This document shows, one piece after another, positions 18,738 through 24,000 of a stretch of 24,000 bases of DNA. Below the pieces are notes generated by a model that saw only the letters and a program-made list of their open reading frames with translations, was not told the DNA's origin and did not search any database. Numbering within the stretch: the first letter of the stretch is position 1; the number at the start of each line of letters is the position of its first letter. Both the position numbers and the translations under genes were made by a program. This stretch comes from Thermotaleaceae bacterium (GTDB taxonomy: Bacteria > Bacillota > Clostridia > Peptostreptococcales > Thermotaleaceae): assembly GCA_040797825.1 (NCBI GenBank), contig JBFNEZ010000001.1, positions 65,048 to 89,047 of the forward strand, read 5' to 3'.

Positions 18738-20633
18738 CTATATCCCCAATTTTTGTCTTTTTTCTTCAATACGATTGAGTATTTTATCTGCTAATGCAGT
18801 TGGATCTTCATCAATAAAGAATTTTGCCCCTGTCATTTTTTCTACTCGGTTTGTTAAGATGTCTACCACTTCTGCAGAACCTGTCACAGGAGGCGTGATT
18901 CCCAAGAAGGTATCAATACCTGAAGTTATAACATAGGTACCAATAGCAACAGCCTTTTCAGACATCCATTCTGGAGCTACACCTACAACTGGTAAATCAC
19001 AGTTATCTAATCCTAAATGCTTCGCAACTTCTCCAACAAGAAGGAGGATTCGGCTAATATCTACACAGGAACCCATATGCAGTACTGGCGGAATATCAAC
19101 CAATTCACATACTGTAGCCAAGCCTTGCCCTGCAAGCTTTCTTGCATCCTTACTTAAAAGTCCTGCCTTCGCAGCTGCTTGAGCAGCACATCCTGTAGTT
19201 ACCACGATAACATCGTTGGCAATAAGTTTTTTCATAATTTCAATGTGACTGTAGTCATGCTTGGATTTTGGATTATTACATCCAACGATTCCAGCAGCTC
19301 CTCTTAAAACACCAGCCTTGATAACATCAGCTAATGGTTTTACTGTTCCCATTGGATCAATATGAGGATTGACTACTTTATCCAACTGCTTAATAATTGC
19401 ATCTATGCTATAGCCAACTGTAGCATGGGATTTTGTTTTTGGAATGAATACTTTATCTGCTTTTCTATTTTTAAAGTTTAATATCGCTTCTTTAACAATA
19501 CCTTTTGCAGATTCCATCGCTTTATCTTCATGGAATTCAATATGGGTAGCCCCTGTAATTTTTGCCTTTGGAGATGTGGTGATGAATTTTGTGTGATAAC
19601 ATTCCGTTAATGTAGCTAGAGCAGGGAAGATACACTGTACATCCACGATAACAGCTTCTACAGCCCCTGTTAATACAGCCATTTCCTGTTGATAGAAGTT
19701 ACCTGCTATTTTTACACCGTGTCTCATAGTTACTTCGTTACCAGTACAACACATTCCTGCAAGATTGATGCCCTCTGCTCCAACTTCTTTTGCAAGTTTT
19801 TGCATTTCTGGATCTTCAGCGGCTAAAACTATCATCTCTGAAAGGCTAGGCTCATGACCATGAAGTATAATATTAACCTGATTTTCTTCTAACACCCCTA
19901 GATTTGACTCTGTTTCTCTTGGTACAGGGGTGCCAAATATAATATCACTGAATTCTGTTCCTATCATGGAACCGCCCCAGCCATCGGCCAAAGAAGTTCT
20001 CATTGACATATGCACCAAGCTTTCAGCATCTGCGGTACATCCAATATGTGTTGAGTGAAGGATCGTTGCAATTTCTCTGTCAATGGCTCTTGGCTTGACT
20101 TCAATTTTGTCCCAAATTTTTTGTCTTGGTTCTGGTGCTCTTTCTAAGAATTTAAGCGTACCAAAAGGCTTACCAAATTCATTCAAAGCAATTTCTGCCA
20201 CTTCATGAGCGATATCATAGATATCTCTACCCTCTGTGCTTACGCCCCATTCTGCTGCAAGATTTAGTAATTTCTTTTCGTCTCTTACCTTGTAGTTTCC
20301 ATCCTTGCTGGTCATGTGCAGTACATGGGCAATATCTCTTGCATGGTCTGAGTGGGCTGCAGATCCTGCGGCTACCATTCTGGCATAGTTTCTTCCTACA
20401 ATTACATCAGCAGTGGCCCCACAAATTCCTTTTGTTGCTCCCTTGCCAGCTACGGGACTAACCCTACAAGGACCCATAGCACAAATACGGCAACATACAC
20501 CCTTTTCACCAAAACCGCAGGGTGCCTTCATGGCTTTCTTTCTGTCCCACATGGTTTCTACGCCATCTTTTATGGCTTTTTCTAAAAGCTGCTCCTCAGT
20601 AGTCTGATAAATGGAAATAAATTGTTCGCTCAT
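18738..20633 (-). CDS. acsA: Ni-Fe carbon monoxide dehydrogenase catalytic subunit
   Basis: 631 aa. It has the N-terminal Cys cluster CGFGEKGVCCRICAMGPCRV and the C-cluster-region motifs HGHEPS, CCTGNE, GCNNPK and MGSCVD. The SD is AGGGGGGA. Confidence 0.96.
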   Translation of the reverse strand: MSEQFISIYQTTEEQLLEKAIKDGVETMWDRKKAMKAPCGFGEKGVCCRICAMGPCRVSPVAGKGATKGICGATADVIVGRNYARMVAAGSAAHSDHARDIAHVLHMTSKDGNYKVRDEKKLLNLAAEWGVSTEGRDIYDIAHEVAEIALNEFGKPFGTLKFLERAPEPRQKIWDKIEVKPRAIDREIATILHSTHIGCTADAESLVHMSMRTSLADGWGGSMIGTEFSDIIFGTPVPRETESNLGVLEENQVNIILHGHEPSLSEMIVLAAEDPEMQKLAKEVGAEGINLAGMCCTGNEVTMRHGVKIAGNFYQQEMAVLTGAVEAVIVDVQCIFPALATLTECYHTKFITTSPKAKITGATHIEFHEDKAMESAKGIVKEAILNFKNRKADKVFIPKTKSHATVGYSIDAIIKQLDKVVNPHIDPMGTVKPLADVIKAGVLRGAAGIVGCNNPKSKHDYSHIEIMKKLIANDVIVVTTGCAAQAAAKAGLLSKDARKLAGQGLATVCELVDIPPVLHMGSCVDISRILLLVGEVAKHLGLDNCDLPVVGVAPEWMSEKAVAIGTYVITSGIDTFLGITPPVTGSAEVVDILTNRVEKMTGAKFFIDEDPTALADKILNRIEEKRQKLGI

Positions 20634-20654
20634 TTTGTCCCCCCTAATTTTTTT

Positions 20655-20676
20655 CTAGAAAACTTCAGTTTTCTAG
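20655..20676. repeat. Perfect 9-bp inverted repeat CTAGAAAAC-N4-GTTTTCTAG just upstream of the acsA SD
   Basis: Read directly: 20655..20663 is the reverse complement of 20668..20676. It lies about 12 nt upstream of the SD on the transcribed strand. It could be an operator or a 5'-UTR hairpin. Confidence 0.5.
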
Positions 20677-20705
20677 TTAATAATATTGATTTTTTATTTT
20701 GTTAA
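20677..20705 (-). promoter_or_regulatory. Candidate proximal acs promoter overlapping the Rex box
   Basis: On the minus strand: TTAACA (20705..20700), a 17-nt spacer, then TATTAA (20682..20677). Motif match only, in AT-rich DNA. Confidence 0.2.
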
Positions 20706-20716
20706 TTTGTTAACAT
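20699..20716. promoter_or_regulatory. Candidate Rex (redox-sensing repressor) operator
   Basis: TTGTTAA-TTTG-TTAACAT matches 13 of the 14 specified positions of the clostridial Rex consensus TTGTTAA-N4-TTAACAA. It lies 66-83 nt upstream of the acsA ATG. Confidence 0.55.
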
Positions 20717-20882
20717 AAAGCTATAAAAAAAACAAACTTCACTCTTTTCATTGCTGTATTAACAACTGTTGCTGTTATTACTATGATTTTTAATGAGATT
20801 GGTTTTAAATATAAATCTTGTTATTAATTTAACATTTTTAAAGAAAAAAATATATTCACTCCTGCATCACAAAATTTTCTTT

Positions 20883-20908
20883 TATAAAATATACATGTAT
20901 ATTTTATA
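20883..20908. repeat. 26-bp perfect palindrome TATAAAATATACA|TGTATATTTTATA
   Basis: I checked base by base that 20883..20895 is the reverse complement of 20896..20908. It starts at the last base of the candidate distal -10 element. Confidence 0.6.
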
Positions 20909-20937
20909 TTTTACCATATTCTGTTGTTCTTTTACAA
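20908..20937 (-). promoter_or_regulatory. Candidate distal acs promoter with an extended -10
   Basis: On the minus strand: TTGTAA (20937..20932), an 18-nt spacer ending in TGg, then TAAAAT (20913..20908). This would give a ~270-nt 5' UTR containing the palindrome, the Rex box and the 9-bp inverted repeat. Confidence 0.3.
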
Positions 20938-21189
20938 ATACTTGTATTAAAAATTTTTTCTATTGTATGGTGTATAATGTATTTAGAAGTAATAGCTCCT
21001 AGTCTTCAACCTGCAATTTTCCTTGTTTTTTCCCCCTAAATCTAATTTCATTACTGATTCTCAAGCTTTATATTTCTTGTGAAAATGTTTTCAGATGTCT
21101 TAAGAATAGTATAATATAACTTTAACAAAGAGGTTTGTAATATCTATACATTTTTTGTACTATCTTTGATTGTTTATTTTAAAAATATA

Positions 21190-21475
21190 ACAAAAAGCAT
21201 GACAACCAGTCAAAAACCTTTGAAAATACAGGCCTTTGACTGGTTGTATCATTTTATAAGATTTATAAATTTTTCTAGTTTATAAAGAAAGGGAGCCCTG
21301 CTACGATATGGAATACCTTTTACGAAATCCGTTGTCAATAGCAGGGAGGGAATGAAACGAACATGAAGTAAATCTTCCCAACAAAAAAACCACGCTAGTT
21401 CTTCATTGACAGTTCTCTGTCAAAATCAAACCTTCATGGCTTCCTAATCGGTTATTCCATTTATCATGTTCTATC
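21190..21475 (-). ncRNA. Candidate orphan structured RNA, unclassified (or a 3'-UTR / long leader element)
   Basis: It is bounded by the promoter at 21482..21511 and the terminator at 21202..21247. No ORF longer than 9 codons has an SD. Several 7-10 bp helices are present, listed in the findings. I could not match it to any family by eye. Confidence 0.3.
21202..21247 (-). terminator. Terminator hairpin (bidirectional shape) closing the amidohydrolase / candidate RNA unit
   Basis: ACAACCAGTCAAA (21202..21214) pairs with TTTGACTGGTTGT (21235..21247), 13 bp perfect, plus 3 more pairs after a 2-nt mismatch. On the minus strand it is followed by CAUGCUUUUUGUUAUAUUUUU. Confidence 0.45.
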
Positions 21476-21481
21476 CATATG

Positions 21482-21511
21482 AGAATATCATGTTCATGAC
21501 TATCTTGTCAA
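21482..21511 (-). promoter_or_regulatory. Candidate sigma-A promoter immediately after the amidohydrolase stop
   Basis: On the minus strand: a perfect TTGACA (21511..21506), an 18-nt spacer ending in TGa, then TATTCT (21487..21482). This is an extended -10 arrangement. Confidence 0.4.
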
Positions 21512-21530
21512 TGATTTCTATGAAAATAGT

Positions 21531-22440
21531 TTATCCTTTCATTCTTTTAAGGTGGCTTATTTCTTCTGCTGTTAAGCCTAGGGCAGCAACTCCATTTTCC
21601 AAAGCCAGATTATGAATTTCTTCTTCCTTTAACCCCATCCGAATAAAATGACGCACTTCATCGAAGTATCCTGTTCCATGGGCCACACCATAGGCGCCAG
21701 CATCACTACCCACAGCAATCTTTATCTTTAACTGATATCCCCAATACAATAGTTCTAAATGCCTTTGATAAATTTTTTCTATGATATCCAGTTCTTTCTT
21801 AAATTTTTCATCTTGCAGCTCAACCAAATTGCCCAAAGGTGCCAAGGTAGGAATCCACACAATTCCTTTTTCTCCCAATCCATAGAGTTCACGATCTCCC
21901 ATAAAATACCCATGCTCAATGGTATCTACTCCTGCTAGAACAGCCATATTTACAGCTTCACTCCCGTTGGCATGCACCATTACAGGCAGCCCTTGATCTT
22001 GCGCTGCCTCGGTCATGTAGGTCAGCTCTTCTTGGGTAAAGGCCGTGGGACCAATTTGTCCATATTGCTGAAAGCTCACAATTCCTGTGAGCGGAATTTT
22101 AAAATGATCAGGTTTCTCTTTTAAAAGCAGCTTAAATTCTCTTTTAAAATCAGACAGATCTAAAATAGCCTTTCCAAGAAAAGCACCATAGAAGCCCTTT
22201 TTATAAAGCGCATACCCAGGAGTTTTATAGAGGATTCCCTCTTCTTTCGCAATTGATCTAGCCAGCATGGAAAAACCATGATTGTCTCCTCCATCTCTTA
22301 ATGCAAAAATTTTTTTTTCTTTATAGGCTCTGAATATGCGCTGAATCCACATTCGCTTTTCATCAATAGATTCTACTATCTTTTTGCAATTGTTATCTCC
22401 TCCACCTAATCCCACATGGATATGGCTGTCAATATACATT
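21531..22440 (-). CDS. Metal-dependent amidohydrolase family protein
   Basis: It has the HxH motif MYIDSHIHVG and later VMVHANG, IEHG and VGSDAG. The track start at 22484 places the AAGGAGG SD inside the ORF. The ATG at 22440 follows that SD by 10 nt and gives 302 aa. Confidence 0.85.
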
Positions 22441-22701
22441 TTACAAATTGCCTCCTTAAATAAATACAAACTATATGAATACAATTATATCATTTAAAAA
22501 AGAAAAGAATCAAAGTATAAACAAAGTTTCTAAAGGGCTTCTATTTTATAGCCCTTTAAAGTATCTATCTTTCTATGGAATGAATGAATAAATTAATCGA
22601 TAGAAATCTGTTTTGAAAGAAGTTTTCTGGGCATATTATTTGTATAGGGGTTTTCCCTATGCATTCTTTCATCTCGATTACTATCAAGGAGGAATTTATA
22701 A

Positions 22702-23019
22702 ATGCTTATCGTAACTACACAGACCCTTTCAGGAAAAGAAATCAGCGAAACTTTAGGGTTGGTTGAGGGCAGCTCCGTTCAATCCAAACATATCGGAAAG
22801 GACATCGCTGCTGGTCTAAAGACTCTAGTTGGCGGGGAACTGAAGGGCTATTCAGAAATGCTCAATGATGCTCGAAAAATAGCTACACAACGAATGGTCG
22901 AGCAAGCACAAAAAATGGGAGCCGATGCCATCGTGAATGTACGCTATTCCTCTTCGGCTATTGCCCAAGGAGCTGCAGAAATTCTGGTGTATGGTACAGC
23001 AGTAAAACTTAGCAAGTAG
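22702..23019 (+). CDS. YbjQ / UPF0145 (DUF74) family protein
   Basis: 105 aa. It shows the typical family sequence MLIVTTQTLSGKEI...GGELKGYSEMLNDAR...GADAIVNVRY. The SD is AAGGAGG, 9 nt upstream. Confidence 0.88.
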   Translation: MLIVTTQTLSGKEISETLGLVEGSSVQSKHIGKDIAAGLKTLVGGELKGYSEMLNDARKIATQRMVEQAQKMGADAIVNVRYSSSAIAQGAAEILVYGTAVKLSK

Positions 23020-23058
23020 CAAAGGCATCTGACCTAATGGGTTCAGATGCCTTTGCTA
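23017..23058. terminator. Shared hairpin terminator between convergent genes
   Basis: TAGCAAAGGCATCTGA (23017..23032) pairs with TCAGATGCCTTTGCTA (23043..23058), 16 bp. The stem contains the TAG stop of the plus-strand gene. It abuts the TAA (23059..23061) of the minus-strand gene. Confidence 0.55.
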
Positions 23059-24000
23059 TTATAAATCTAGAACAGAAATCAGCTCCATGGTATCTAGTTT
23101 ATGGGCCATTATTTTTTGATTGGACAGGGTATAGAGGACATCTCCCACATAAAGAATACGCTGCACATTCAAATCACTTTCATACCAGTATTGCCCGGCT
23201 TTTTTATAATCCTCAGGGCTTAGATGGCTGATCCTGTTTTGCAAGGATAGACCCTTTTCCATATTTACATCATAAATATAGGCTCCTTGAAAACTAAAGT
23301 TTCCAAAACTCCAGGGATCTTGCTGCTGATTTGGATTTTCTACCAGGGTTACAGGAAAAGCAAGCAAGCTTTTTTCCTTACTAAAGAGCAATGCTTTGTG
23401 ATTCCTTAGCAACGGAGATTCCGTTCCCCTATCTCCAATAACAACTTTGTATTTTTCAACAGGCTTATTCACATCCCCCACATCAAAGACTGCTATCTTC
23501 ATACCCCCTTCTAGGGCATTCCCCTTTATCTCCATCACTTCTTTCCCAAATCCTATGATGTGGTTTTCATCATAGGGATGGAGATAATCACTATAACCTG
23601 GGATCTTTAAATAACCCAGCATCTTAGGAGCCCTTGGATCCTTTAGATCCAATACAAAGAAAGGGTCTGTTTCTCGGAAGGTTACCATATATCCCTTGCT
23701 CCCCATAAAACGCATGGCATAAATCCGCTCTCCAGGGGCTATTCCCTCTAAACTTCCTACTCCTTTCAACTGCTTATCTAATATATAAAGATTGTTTTTA
23801 GAAGTTCCTTCATCACTGCGCCACATTTCTCCCGTAGTCGTTGCAATCCTAAAGAAGCCTTCATAGGCATCCATAGAAAATTGATTGAGCATTCGCCCTG
23901 GCACCTGACCTTTTGCGCTATAGATTAATTGGCCTTCCTTTAGTTCAAAACCATAGATATCTGTATGATGTTCAAAGTTGGGAAGTGCTCTCTGCAAATT
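23059..24000 (-). CDS. Beta-propeller domain protein (COG4880 / Beta_propel type), C-terminal part; 5' end probably outside the window
   Basis: The 312 aa ORF contains segments such as YDENHIIGFGKE, LLFSKEKSLLAFPV and QGAYIYDV. I recognise these as the secreted beta-propeller family, whose members are normally about 600 aa. The TTG start at 23997 in the track is therefore probably not the true start. Confidence 0.7.
   Translation of the reverse strand, partial: NLQRALPNFEHHTDIYGFELKEGQLIYSAKGQVPGRMLNQFSMDAYEGFFRIATTTGEMWRSDEGTSKNNLYILDKQLKGVGSLEGIAPGERIYAMRFMGSKGYMVTFRETDPFFVLDLKDPRAPKMLGYLKIPGYSDYLHPYDENHIIGFGKEVMEIKGNALEGGMKIAVFDVGDVNKPVEKYKVVIGDRGTESPLLRNHKALLFSKEKSLLAFPVTLVENPNQQQDPWSFGNFSFQGAYIYDVNMEKGLSLQNRISHLSPEDYKKAGQYWYESDLNVQRILYVGDVLYTLSNQKIMAHKLDTMELISVLDL

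Noticed and set aside
3251-20607. About 30 plus-strand ORFs of 61-183 aa in the track (for example 3251..3802, 9213..9560, 12589..13083, 14285..14578, 20352..20585)
   Set aside because: Each lies entirely antisense to a well-supported minus-strand gene and lacks an SD. The translations are low-complexity and Ser/Pro/Phe/Ile-rich, as expected for shadow frames of AT-rich genes.
20793-21002. 69-aa ORF in the large intergenic gap (MRLVLNINLVINL...)
   Set aside because: It has no SD. The peptide is extremely AT-biased and low-complexity (Ile/Phe/Asn/Tyr/Lys). It overlaps the candidate acs promoter and palindrome region and is most likely a chance ORF.
21123-21140. TAACAAA-GAGG-TTTGTAA inverted repeat considered as a second Rex site
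   Set aside because: The half-sites are in the opposite order to the Rex consensus (TTGTTAA-N4-TTAACAA), and one arm has a mismatch. The TTAACAA word at 20759..20765 also lacks a matching left half.
21343-21357. 15-nt identity AGGGAGGGAATGAAA between 21343..21357 (plus strand) and the acsB leader (7454..7468, minus strand)
   Set aside because: The flanks diverge immediately on both sides. The word is essentially a purine-rich SD plus ATGAAA. One such match is roughly what chance predicts for all word pairs in a 24-kb biased-composition window. This is not evidence of a duplicated acsB fragment.
20634-21530. Known riboswitch or leader classes upstream of the WL operon (ZTP/pfl, THF-I/II, cobalamin, NiCo, Moco, T-box)
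   Set aside because: I looked for hallmark strings on both strands: CCGCCUGGGC for ZTP, the B12 box GCCACUG, and the T-box GGUGGNACCGCG. None was found. Eye-scanning is weak for these classes, so a covariance-model scan is still needed.
22578-22589. (GAAT)3 microrepeat in the divergent intergenic region
   Set aside because: It has only three units, which is ordinary for AT-rich intergenic DNA, and shows no flanking structure.
23037-23231. 64-aa plus-strand ORF after the YbjQ-family gene
   Set aside because: It starts inside the terminator hairpin and runs antisense to the beta-propeller gene, with no SD.
1-24000. CRISPR arrays, IS elements/transposases, integrases, phage genes, tRNA/rRNA, toxin-antitoxin or defence-system genes
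   Set aside because: I saw no spaced direct-repeat arrays. None of the ORFs has recombinase, nuclease or defence-type motifs. No tRNA-like cloverleaf candidates were noticed. Every large ORF is accounted for by metabolic or housekeeping families.

Overview
Almost the whole window is one minus-strand Wood-Ljungdahl (reductive acetyl-CoA) gene cluster from a low-GC, Clostridium-type acetogen. The order from 20633 down to 2938 is acsA(CODH)-cooC-fhs-fchA-folD-metV-metF-lpdA-cooC-acsD-acsC-acsE-acsB-gcvH-acsV. From memory, this is the order reported for Clostridium ljungdahlii/autoethanogenum, C. difficile and C. aceticum-type clusters. No organism can be assigned from the sequence alone. Two further co-oriented genes follow the cluster: a [FeFe]-hydrogenase-like Fe-S/PAS sensor protein (HydS/group C architecture, 1117..2829) and a translationally abutted PP2C/SpoIIE phosphatase (1..1116). 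The phosphatase runs off the window edge and is missing from the ORF track. This sensor-phosphatase pair is the most interesting coding content. Upstream of acsA lies an unusual ~900 bp AT-rich non-coding gap (20634..21530). It holds a near-consensus clostridial Rex operator, a 26-bp perfect palindrome beside a candidate extended -10 promoter, and a 9-bp inverted repeat next to the acsA Shine-Dalgarno. It also holds what looks like a self-contained transcription unit: a TTGACA-18-TGnTATTCT promoter, ~285 nt with no ORF and competing helices, then a terminator hairpin. I could not assign this unit to any RNA family. Three terminator-like hairpins sit inside the cluster, after acsC, gcvH and acsV. 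The right end carries an amidohydrolase (-), a YbjQ/UPF0145 protein (+) and a 5'-truncated COG4880-type beta-propeller protein (-). I saw no tRNA/rRNA, CRISPR array, IS or phage element. The many short plus-strand ORFs in the track are antisense shadows of the minus-strand genes. Several track ORFs appear N-terminally over-extended, and I give Shine-Dalgarno-supported starts instead.
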